From positions 5,704,001 through 5,768,000 of the forward strand of contig JBNRSN020000031.1 of assembly GCA_051313645.2 (NCBI GenBank): a DNA stretch of 64,000 nucleotides, written 5' to 3'. Positions within the stretch are counted from its first letter, which is position 1. Each line of letters begins with the position of its first letter. Below are positions 31,301 to 43,492 of this stretch, in pieces. The position numbers were made by a program, and so were the translations under genes. The notes below the pieces were generated by a model. The model saw nothing but the letters and a program-made list of their open reading frames with translations. It was not told the DNA's origin and made no database searches. The DNA comes from Centroscyllium fabricii (taxonomy: Eukaryota).

Positions 31301-34300
31301 GTCATTTGTAAGGACTACCTATTATATTCACGTAATCACATGCTGAGTTATCATTGGCCGACAGGCATCTGTAAAGATTACCTATTATATTCACGTAATC
31401 AAAGCTGAGATATAATTGGCCCACAGGCATCTGTAAGGACTACCGATTATATTCACGTAATCACATGCTGAGTTATCATTGGCCAACAGGCATCTGTAAG
31501 GACTACCTATTATATTCACATAATCACATGCTGAGTTATCATTGGCCAACAGGCATCTGTAAGGACTACCAATTATATTCACGTAATCATATGCTGAGAT
31601 ATCATCGGCCAACAGGCATCTGTAAGGACTACCTATTGTATTCAAGTAATCACATGCTGAGTTATCATTGGCCCACAGGCATCTGGAAGGACTGCCTATT
31701 ATATTCACGTAATCACATGCTGAATTATCATTGGACCAAAGGCATCTGTAAGGACAGCATATTATATTCACGTAATCACATGTTGAGTTATCATTGGCCC
31801 ACAGGCATCTGTAAGGACTACTTATTATATTCACGTAATCACATGCTGAGTTATCATTGGCCCACAGGCATCTGGAAGGACTACCTATTATATTCACGTA
31901 ATCACATGCTGAGTTATCATTGGCCCACAGGCATCTGTAAGGACTACCTATTGTATTCAGGTAATTACATGCTGAATTATCATTGGCCAACAGGCATCTG
32001 TAAGTATTACCTATTATATTCACGTAATCACATGCCGAGTTATCATTGGCCCGCAGGCATCTGCAAGGACTACCTATTATATTCACGTAATCACATGCTG
32101 AGTTATCATTGGCCACAGGCATCTGTAAAGACTACCTATTATATTCACGTAATCACATGCTGAGTTATCATTGGTCCACAGGCATCTGTAAGGACTACCT
32201 TTTATATTCACGTAATCACATGCTGAATTATCATTGGCCCACAGGCATCTGTAAGGACAACCTGTTATATTCACGTAATCACATGCTGATTTATCATTGG
32301 CCCACAGGCATCTGTAAGGACTACCTATTATATTCACGTAATCACATGCTGAGATATCATTGGCCCACAGGCATCTGTAAGGACTACCTATGATATTCAC
32401 GTAATCACACGCTGAGTTATCATTGGCCCACAGGCATCTGTAAGGACTACCTATTATATTCACGTAATCACATGTTGAATTATCATTGGCCCACAGTCAT
32501 CTGTAAGGACAACCTATTATATTCACGTAATCACATGCTGAGGTATCATTGGCCCACAGGCATCTGTAAGGACTACCTATTATATTCACGTAATCAAAGC
32601 TGAGATATCATTGGCCCACAGGCATCTGTAAGGACTACTTATTATATTCACGTAATCACATGCTGAGTTATCATTGGCCCACAGGCATCTGGAAGGACTA
32701 CCTATTATATTCACGTAATCACATGCTGAGTTATCATTGGCCCACAGGCATCTGTAAGGACTACCTATTATATTTAGGTAATCACATGCTGAATTATCAT
32801 TGGCCCACAGGCATCTGTAAGGACTACCTATTATATTCACGTAATCACATGCTGAGTTATCATTGGCCCGCAGGCATCTGCAAGGACTACCTATTATATT
32901 CACGTAATCACATGCTGAGTTATCATTGGCCACAGGCATCTGTAAAGACTACCTATTATATTCACGTAATCACATGCTGAGTTATCATTGGCCCACAGGC
33001 ATCTGTAAGGACTACCTTTTATATTCACGTAATCACATGCTGAATTATCATTGGCCCACAGGCATCTGTAAGGACTCCCTTTTATATTCACGTAATCACA
33101 TGCTGAATTATCATTGGCCTACAGCAATCTGTAAGGACTTCCTATTATATTCACGTAATCACATGCTGAGTTATCATTGGCCCACAGGCATCTGTAAGGA
33201 CTACCTATTATATTCACGTAATCACATGCTGAGATATTATTGGCCCACAGGCATCTGTAAGGACTACCTATTATATTCACGTAATCACATGCTAAGATAT
33301 CATTGGCCCACAGGCATCTGGAAGGACTACCTATTATATTCACGTAAAAACATGCTGAATTATCATTGGCCCACAGGCATCTGTAAGGGCTACCTATTAT
33401 ATTCACGTAATCACATGCTGAGTTATCATTGGCGCGCAGGCATCTGTAAGGACTACCAATTATATTCACGTGATCACATGCTGAGTTATCATTGGCCCAC
33501 AGGCATCTGTAAGGACTACTATTGTAATCACGTAACCAAATGCTGAGTTATCATTGGAAGACAGGCATCTGTAAGGACTACTATTGTATTCAAGTAATCA
33601 CATGCTGAGTTATCACTGGCCCGCAGGCATCTGTAAGTACTACCTATTATATTCACGTAATCACACGCTGAGTTATCATTGGCCCACAGGCATCTGTAAG
33701 GACTACTATTATATTCACTTAATCACATGCTGAGTTATCATTGGCCCACTGGCATCTGTATGGTCTACTATTGTATTCACGTAATCACATGCTGAGTTAT
33801 CATTGGCCCGCAGGCATTTGTAAGAACTACTATTATATTCACGTAATCATATGCCGAGTTATCATTGGCCCTCAGGCATCTGTAAGGACTACCTATTATA
33901 TTCACGTAATCGCATGCTGAGTTATCATTGGCACACAAGCATCTGTAAGGACTACCTATTATAATCACATAATCACATGCTGAGTTATCATTGGCCCACA
34001 GGCATCTGTAAGGACTACCTATTATATTCACGTAATCACATGCTGAGTTATCATTGGCCAACAGGCATCTGTAACGACTACCAATTATATTCACGTTATC
34101 ATATGCTGAGTTATCATCGGCCAACAGACATCTGTAAGGACTACCTATTGTTTTCAAGTAATCACATGCTGAGCTATCATTGGCCCACAGGCATCTGGAA
34201 GGACTACCTATTATATTCACGTAATCACATGCTGAGTTATCATTGGCCCACAGGCATCTGTAAGGACTACCTATTATATTCAGGTAATCACATGCTGAAT

Positions 34301-37150
34301 TATCATTGGCCCACAGGCATCTGTAAGGACTACCTATTATATTCACGTAATCACATGCTGAGTTATCATTGGCCCGCAGGCATCTGCAAGGACTACCTAT
34401 TATATTCACGTAATCACATGCTGAGTTATCATTGGCCACAGGCATCTGTAAAGACTACCTATTATATTCACGTAATCACATGCTGAGTTATCATTGGCCC
34501 ACAGGCATCTTTAAGGACTACCTTTTATATTCACGTAATCACATGCTGAATTATCATTGGCCCACAGGCATCTGTAAGGACAACCTGTTATATTCTCGTA
34601 ATCACATGCTGAGTTATCATTGGCCCACAGGCATCTGTAAGGACTACCTATTATATTCACGTAATCACATGCTGAGTTATCATTGGCCCACAGGCATCTG
34701 GAAGGACTACCTATTATATTCACGTAATCACATGCTGAGTTATCATTGGCCCACTGGCATCTGTAAGGCCTACCTGTTATATAGACGTAATCACATGCTG
34801 AGTTATCATTGGCCCACAGGCATTTGTAAGGACTACCTATTATATTCACGTAATCACATGCTGAGTTATCATGGGCCCACAGGCATCTGTAAGGGCTACC
34901 TTTTATATTCACGTAATCACATGCTGAATTATCATTGGCCCACAGCAATCTGTAAGGACTTCCTATTATATTCACGTAATCACATGCTGAGATATCATTG
35001 GCCCACAGGCATCTGTAAGGACTACCTATTATATTCACGTAATCACATGCTGAGTTATCATTGGCCCACAGGCATCTGTAAGGACTACTATTGTAATCAC
35101 GTAACCAAATGCTGAGTTATCATTGGCCCACAGGCATCTGTAAGGACTACTATTGTATTCAAGTAATCACATGCTGAGTTATCTTTGGCCCGCAGGCATC
35201 TGTAAGGACTACCTATTATATTCACCTAATCACACGCTGAGTTATCATTGGCCCACAGGCATCTGTAAGGACTACTATTATATTCACGTAATCACATGCT
35301 GAGTTATCATTGGCCCACTGGCATCTGTAAGGACGACTATTGTATTCACGTAATCAAATGCTGAGTTATCATTGGCCCCCAGGCATCTGTAAGGACTACC
35401 TATTATATTCAGGTAATCACATGCTGAATTATCATTGGCCCACAGGCATCTGTAAGGACTACCTATTATATTCATGTAATCACATGCTGAGTTATCATTG
35501 GCCCGCAGGCATCTGCAAGGACTACCTATTATATTCACGTAATCACATGCTGAGTTATCATTGGCCCACAGGCATCTGTAAGGACTACCTATTATATTCA
35601 CGTAATCACATGCTGAGTTATCATTGGCCCGCAGGCATCTGCAAGGACTACCTATTATATTTACGTAATCACATGCTGAGTTATCATTGGCCAAAGGCAT
35701 CTGTAAAGACTACCTATTATATTCACGTAATCACATGCTGAGTTATCATTGGCCCACAGTCATCTTTAAGAACTACCTTTTATATTCACGTAATCACATG
35801 CTGAATTATCATTGGCCCACAGGCATCTGTAAGGACAACCTGTTATATTCACGTAATCACATGCTGAGTTATCATTGGCCCACAGGCATCTGTAAGGACT
35901 ACCTATTATATTCACGTAATCACATGCTGAGATATCATTGGCCCACAGGCATCTGTAAGGACTACCTATTATATTCACGTAATCACATGCTGAGTTATCA
36001 TCGGCCCACAGGCATCTGTAAGGACTAACTATTATATTCACGTAATCACATGCTGAATTTTCATTTGCCCAAAGTCATTTGTAAGGACTACCTATTATAT
36101 TCACGTAATCACATGCTGAGTTATCATTGGCCGACAGGCATCTGTAAAGATTACCTATTATATTCACGTAATCAAAGCTGAGATATAATTGGCCCACAGG
36201 CATCTGTAAGGACTACCGATTATATTCACGTAATCACATGCTGAGTTATCATTGGCCAACAGGCATCTGTAAGGACTACCTATTATATTCACATAATCAC
36301 ATGCTGAGTTATCATTGGCCAACAGGCATCTGTAAGGACTACCAATTATATTCACGTAATCATATGCTGAGATATCATCGGCCAACAGACATCTGTAAGG
36401 ACTACCTATTGTATTCAAGTAATCACATGCTGAGTTATCATTGGCCCACAGGCATCTGGAAGGACTGCCTATTATATTCACGTAATCACATGCTGAATTA
36501 TCATTGGACCAAAGGCATCTGTAAGGACAGCATATTATATTCACGTAATCACATGTTGAGTTATCATTGGCCCACAGTCATCTGTAAGGACTACTTATTA
36601 TATTCACGTAATCACATGCTGAGTTATCATTGGCCCACAGGCATCTGGAAGGACTACCTATTATATTCACGTAATCACATGCTGAGTTATCATTGGCCCA
36701 CAGGCATCTGTAAGGACTACCTATTGTATTCAGGTAATTACATGCTGAATTATCATTGGCCCACAGGCATCTGTAAGTACTACCTATTATATTCACGTAA
36801 TCACATGCCGAGTTATCATTGGCCCGCAGGCATCTGCAAGGACTACCTATTATATTCACGTAATCACATGCTGAGTTATCATTGGCCACAGGCATCTGTA
36901 AAGACTACCTATTATATTCACGTAATCACATGCTGAGTTATCATTGGCCCACAGGCATCTGTAAGGACTACCTTTTATATTCACGTAATCACATGCTGAA
37001 TTATCATTGGCCCACAGGCATCTGTAAGGACAACCTGTTATATTCACGTAATCACATGCTGATTTATCATTGGCCCACAGGCATCTGTAAGGACTACCTA
37101 TTATATTCACGTAATCACATGCTGAGATATCATTGGCCCACAGGCATCTG
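26400..37150. repeat. Higher-order duplication with offset 6217 bp (4773-bp unit plus an internal 1444-bp tandem duplication in the first copy)
   Basis: Offset 6217 for 26709/32926, 27760/33977, 28215/34432, 29123/35340 and 30021/36238. Offset 1444 for 29123/30567, 29470/30914 and 30021/31465. Offset 4773 for 31465/36238. The rare variant TTGGAAGACAGG occurs at ~27337 and ~33554. Boundaries are approximate. Confidence 0.88.
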
Positions 37151-38459
37151 TAAGGACTACCGATTATATTCACGTAATCACATGCTAAGTTATCATTGGC
37201 CCACAGGCATCTGTAAGGACTACCTATTATATTCACGTAATCACATGCTGAATTATCATTGGCCCACAGGCATCTGTAAGGACTACCTATTATATTCACG
37301 TAATCACATGCTGAGTTATCATTGGCCCTCAGGCATCTGTAAGGACTACCTATTATATTCACGTAATCACATGCTGAGTTATCATTGGCCCACAGGCATC
37401 TGGAAGGACTACCTATTATATTCACGTAATCACATGCTGAAATATCATTGGACCAAAGGCATCTGTAAGGACTACTATTGTATTCACGTAATCATATGCT
37501 GAGTTATCATTGGCCCACAGGCATCTCTAAGGACTACCTATTATATTTACGTAATCACATGCTGAGTTATCATTGGCCTACAGGCATCTGGAAGGACTAT
37601 CTATTATATTCACATATACACACGCTGAGTTATCATTGGCCCACAGGCATCTGGAAGGACTAACTATTATATTCACGTAATCACATGCTGAATTATCATT
37701 GGACCAAAGGCATCTGTAAGGACTACCTATTATATTCACGTAATCACATGCTGAGTTATCATTGGCCCACAGGCATCTGTAAGGACTACCTATTATATTG
37801 AGGTAATTACATGCTGAATTATCATTGGCCCACAGGCATCTGTAAGGACTACCTATTGTATTCACGTAATCACATGCCGAGTTATCATTGGCCCGCAGGC
37901 ATCTGCAAGGACTACCTATTATATTCACGTAATCACATGCTGAGTTATCATTGGCCACATGCATCTGTAAAGACTACCTATTATATTCACGTAATCACAT
38001 GCTGAGTTATCATTGGCCCACAGGCATCTGTAAGGACTACCTTTTATATTCACGTAATCACATGCTGAATTATCATTGGCCCACAGGCATCTGTAAGGAC
38101 AACCTGTTATATTCACGTAATCACATGCTGATTTATCATTGGCCCAAAGGCATCTGTAAGGAGTACCTATTATATTCACGTAATCACATGCTGAGATATC
38201 ATTGGCCCACAGGCATCTGTAAGGACTACCTATGATATTCACGTAATCACACGCTGAGTTATCATTGGCCCACAGGCATCTGTAAGGACTACCTATTATA
38301 TTCACGTAATCACATGTTGAATTATCATTGGCCCACAGTCATCTGTAAGGACTACCTATTATATTCACGTAATCACATGCTGAGGTATCATTGGCCGACA
38401 GGCATCTGTAAGGACTACCTATTATATTCACGTAATCAAAGCTGAGATATCATTGGCCC

Positions 38460-40980
38460 ACAGGCATCTGTAAGGACTACCGATTATATTCACGTAATCA
38501 CATGCTGAATTATCATTGGCCCACAGGCATCTGTAAGGACAACCTATTATATTCACGTAATCACATGCTGAGTTATCATTGGCCCACAGGCATCTGTAAG
38601 GACTACCTATTATATTCACGTAATCACATGCTGAGTTATCATTGGCCCACAGGCATCTGGAAGGACTACCTATTATATTCACGTAATCACATGCTGAATT
38701 ATCATTGGACCAAAGGCATCTGTAAGGACTACTATTGTATTCACGTAATCACATGCTGAGTTATCATTGGCCAACAGGCATCTCTAAGGACTACCTATTA
38801 TATTTACGTAATCACATGCTTAGTTATCATTGGCCTACAGGCATCTGGAAGGACTACCTATTATATTCACATGTACACATGCTGAGTTATCATTGGCCCA
38901 CAGGCATCTGGAAGGACTACCTATTATATTCACGTAATCACATGCTGAATTATCATTGGACCAAAGGCATCTGTAAGGACTACCTATTATATTCACGTAA
39001 TCACATGTTGAGTTATCATTGGCCCACAGGAATCTGTAAGGACTACCTATTATATTCACGTAATCACAAGCTGAATTATCATTGCCCACAGGCATCTGTA
39101 AGGACTACCTATTATATCCACGTAATCAAATGCTGAGTTATCATTGGCCCACTGGCATCTGTAAGGACCACCTAATATATTCACGTAATCACATGCTGAG
39201 TTATCATTGGCCCACAGGCATCTGTATGGACCACCTATTATATTCACGTAATCACATGCTGAGTTATCATTGGCCCACAGTCATCTGTAAGGACTACCTA
39301 TTATATTCACGTAATCACATGCTGAGCTTTCATTGGCCCACAGTCATCTGGAAGGACTACCTATTATATTCACGTAATCACATGCTGAATTATCATTGGA
39401 GCAAAGGCATCTGTAAGGACTACTATTGTATTCACGTAATCACATGCTGAGATATAATTGGCCCATAGGCATCTGTAAGGGCTACCTATTATATTTACGT
39501 AAACACATGCTGAGTTATCATTGGCCCACAGGCTTCTGGAAGGACTAGCTATTATATTTACGTAATCACATGCTGAGTTATCATTGGCCCACAGGCATCT
39601 GGAAGGACTACCTATTATATTCACGTAATCACATGCTGAATTATAATTGGACCAAAGGCATCTGTAAGGAATACCTATTATATTCACGTAATCACTTGTT
39701 GAGTTATCATTGGCCCACAGGCATCTGTAAGGACTACCGATTATATTCACGTAATCACATGCTGAATTATCATTGGCCCACAGGCATCTGTAAGGACAAC
39801 CTATTATATTCACGTAATCACATGCTGAGTTATCATTGGCCCACAGGCATCTGTAAGGACTACCTATTATATTCACGTAATCACATGCTGAGTTATCATT
39901 GGCCCACAGGCATCTGGAAGGACTACCTATTATATTCACGTAATCACATGCTGAATTATCATTGGACCAAAGGCATCTGTAAGGACTACTATTGTATTCA
40001 CGTAATCACATGCTGAGTTATCATTGGCCAACAGGCATCTCTAAGGACTACCTATTATATTTACGTAATCACATGCTTAGTTATCATTGGCCTACAGGCA
40101 TCTGGAAGGACTACCTATTATATTCACATGTACACATGCTGAGTTATCATTGGCCCACAGGCATCTGGAAGGACTACCTATTATATTCACGTAATCACAT
40201 GCTGAATTATCATTGGACCAAAGGCATCTGTAAGGACTACCTATTATATTCACGTAATCACATGTTGAGTTATCATTGGCCCACAGGAATCTGTAAGGAC
40301 TACCTATTATATTCACGTAATCACAAGCTGAATTATCATTGCCCACAGGCATCTGTAAGGACTACCTATTATATCCACGTAATCACATGCTGAGTTATCA
40401 TTGGCCCACTGGCATCTGTAAGGACCACCTAATATATTCACGTAATCACATGCTGAGTTATCATTGGCCCACAGGCATCTGTATGGACCACCTATTATAT
40501 TCACGTAATCACATGCTGAGTTATCATTGGCCCACAGTCATCTGTAAGGACTACCTATTATATTCACGTAATCACATGCTGAGCTTTCATTGGCCCACAG
40601 TCATCTGGAAGGACTACCTATTATATTCACGTAATCACATGCTGAATTATCATTGGAGCAAAGGCATCTGTAAGGACTACTATTGTATTCACGTAATCAC
40701 ATGCTGAGATATAATTGGCCCATAGGCATCTGTAAGGACTACCTATTATATTTACGTAAACACATGCTGAGTTATCATTGGCCCACAGGCTTCTGGAAGG
40801 ACTAGCTATTATATTTACGTAATCACATGCTGAGTTATCATTGGCCCACAGGCATCTGGAAGGACTACCTATTATATTCACGTAATCACATGCTGAATTA
40901 TAATTGGACCAAAGGCATCTGTAAGGAATTCCTATTATATTCACGTAATCACTTGTTGAGTTATCATTGGCCCACAGGCA
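38460..40980. repeat. Tandem duplication of a 1257-bp (20-monomer) unit
   Basis: Offsets of 1257 for 38735/39992, 39082/40339 and 39570/40827. Shared rare variants TCACATGTACAC, TGGAGCAAAGG and GGCTTCTGGAAGGACTAGC. Confidence 0.9.
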
Positions 40981-43309
40981 TCTGTACGGACTACCTATTA
41001 TATTCACGTAATCACATGCTGAATTATCATTGCCCACAGGTATCTGTAAGGACTACCTATTATATTCACGTAATCACATGCTGAGTTATCATTGGCCCAC
41101 TGGCATCTGTAAGGACTACTATTGTATTCACTTAACCACATGCTGAGTTATCATTGGCCGCAGGCGTCTGTAAGGACTACCCATTATATTCACGTAAACA
41201 CATGCTGAGTTATCATTGGCCCACAGGCATCTGTAAGGACTACTATTGTATTCACGTAATCAAATGCAGAGTTATCATTGGCCCACAGGCATCTGTAAGG
41301 AATACCTATTATATTCACGTAATCACATGCTGAGTTATCATTGGCTCACAGGCATCTGTAAGGACTACCTGTTATATTCATGTAATCACATGCTGAGTTA
41401 TCATTGGCCCACAGGCATTTGTAAGGACTACGTATTATATTCACGTATTCACATGCTGAGTTATCATTGGCCCACAGGCATCTGTAACGACTACCTATTA
41501 TATTCATGTAATCACATGCTGAGTTATCATTGGCCCACAGGCATCTGTAAGGACTACCTATTATATTCACGTAATCACATGCTGAGATATCATTGGCCCA
41601 CAGGCATCTGTAAGGACTATCTATTATATTCACGTAATCACATGCTAAGTTATCATTGGCCCACATGCATCTGTAAGGACTACCTATTATATTTACGTAA
41701 TCACATGCTGAGTTATCATTGGCCCGCAGGCATCTGTAAGGACTACCAATTATATTCACGTGATCACGTGCTGAGTTATCATTGGCCCACAGGCATCTGT
41801 AAGGACTACTATTGTATTCACGTAATCACATGCTGAGTTATCATTGGCCCGCAGGCATCTGTAAGGACTACCTATTATATTCACATAATCACACGCTGAG
41901 TTATCATTGGCCCACAGGCATCTGTAAGGACTACTATTATATTCACGTAGTCACAAGCTGAGTTACCATTGACCCACTGGCATCTGTAAGGACTACTAAT
42001 GTATTCACGTAATGAAATGCTGAGTTATCATTGGCCCACAGGCTTCGGTAAGGACTACTATTGTATTCACGTAATCACATGCTGAGTTATCATTGGCCCA
42101 CTGGCATCTGTAAGGGCTACCTATTATTTTCACGTAATCACATGCTGAGTTATCATTGGCCCACAGGCATCTGTAAGGACTACTATTATATTCACGTAAT
42201 CATATGCTGAGTTATCATTGGCCCACAGACATCTGTAAGGACTACCTATTATATTCACGTAATCACATGCTGAGTTATCATTGGCCCACAGGCATCTGTA
42301 AGGATTACCTATTATAATCATGTAATCACATGCTGAGTTATCATTGGCCCACAGGCATCTGTAAGGACTATCTATTATATTCACGTAATCACATGCTGAA
42401 TTACATTGGCACAAAGGCATTTGTAAGGACGACTATTCTATTCACGTAATCAAATGCTGAGTTATCATTGGCCCACAGGCATCTGTAAGGACTACCTATT
42501 ATATTCACGTAATCACATGCTGAGATATCATTGGCCCACAGGCATCTGTAAGGACTACCTATTATATTCATTTAATCACTTGCTAAGTTATCATTAGCCC
42601 ACAGGCATCTGTAAGGACTACCTATTATATTCACTTAATCACATGCTGAATTATCATTGGCACCAGGCATCTGTAAGGACTACCTATTATATTCACGTAA
42701 TCACATGCTGAGTTATCATTGGCCCGCTGGCATCTGTAAGGACTACCAATTATATTCACGTGATCACATGCTGAGTTATCATTGGCCCACAGGCATCTGT
42801 AAGGACTACTATTGTATTCACGTAACCAAATGCTGAGTTATCATTGGCACACAGGCATCTTTAAGGACTACTATTGTATTCACGTAATCACATGCTGAGT
42901 TATCATTGGCCCGCAGGCATCTGTAAGGACTACCTATTATATTCACGTAATCACACGCTGAGTTATCATTGGCCCACAGGCATCTGTAAGGACTACTATT
43001 ATATTCACGTAATCACATGCTGAGTTATCATTGGCCCACAGGCATCTGTAAGGACGACTATTGTATTCACGTAATCAAATGCTGAGTTATCATTGGCCAC
43101 AGGTATCTGTATGGTCTACTATTTTATTCACGTAATCACATGCTGAGTTATCATTGGCCCGCAGGCATCTGTAAGGACTACCTATTCTAATCACGTAATC
43201 ACATGCTGAGTTATCATTGGCCCACAGGCATCTGTAAGGACTACCTATTATTTTCACGTAATCACATGCTGAATTATCATTGGACCACAGGCATTTGTAA
43301 GGACGACCT

Positions 43310-43320
43310 ATTATATTCAC
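43310..43320 (+). repeat. Left copy of 11-bp target-site duplication ATTATATTCAC (right copy 43493-43503)
   Basis: The satellite breaks after ...CCTATTATATTCAC (43320) and resumes at ATTATATTCAC (43493), so 11 bp of monomer phase is repeated around the insert. Confidence 0.85.
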
Positions 43321-43444
43321 AAAGTCACACAACACCAGGTTTAAAGTCCAACGTTTTATTTTAAATCACAAGCCTTCGGAGCTTTTGCCCCTTCGTCAGG
43401 CAAAGAGAAACTGTTGGACTTTAAACCTGGTGTTGTGTGACTTT
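43321..43444. repeat. Perfect 32-bp inverted repeat with 60-bp spacer
   Basis: AAAGTCACACAACACCAGGTTTAAAGTCCAAC (43321-43352) is the exact reverse complement of GTTGGACTTTAAACCTGGTGTTGTGTGACTTT (43413-43444). Confidence 0.97.
43366..43403 (-). ncRNA. Degenerate minimal hammerhead-ribozyme-like motif (probably inactive copy)
   Basis: Minus strand reads UUGC-CUGACGA-A-GGGGC-AAAA-GCUCC-GAAG-GCUU-GUGA. It has a CUGANGA box and a 5-bp stem II (one G-U) with a 4-nt loop. GAAG replaces canonical GAAA, and stem I is weak (UUGC/GUGA). Confidence 0.55.
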
Positions 43445-43492
43445 TTGCATTTGTTCACCCCAGTCCAACACCGGCACCTCCGCATTATGGGA

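Larger units (their letters stand above)
1..43320. repeat. 63-bp tandem satellite array, segment 1 (continues beyond the left edge of the window)
   Basis: Continuous head-to-tail copies of TCACGTAATCACATGCTGAGTTATCATTGGCCCACAGGCATCTGTAAGGACTACCTATTATAT. Spacing of the CACATG motif is 63 bp (e.g. ATG at 702, 765 ... 1206), with occasional 62/61-bp units from 1-bp deletions. Confidence 0.99.
43321..43492. mobile_element. 172-bp non-autonomous insertion, probable Penelope-like element (pLTR) remnant in inverted arrangement
   Basis: Non-satellite sequence bounded by an 11-bp TSD. Its perfect 32-bp inverted repeat is terminal on the left only, with a 48-bp extension beyond the right arm. The minus strand carries a hammerhead-like core followed by AATAAA (43360-43355). 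Inverted partial pLTRs with a short extension and minimal hammerheads are established features of Penelope-like elements. Family call is by recall, not by search. Confidence 0.72.

Noticed and set aside
43321-43444. MITE / DNA transposon or pre-miRNA reading of the 32-bp inverted repeat
   Set aside because: The right arm ends 48 bp inside the TSD-defined boundary, so the repeats are not terminal. The 60-nt loop and perfect stem are better explained by an inverted retroelement end.
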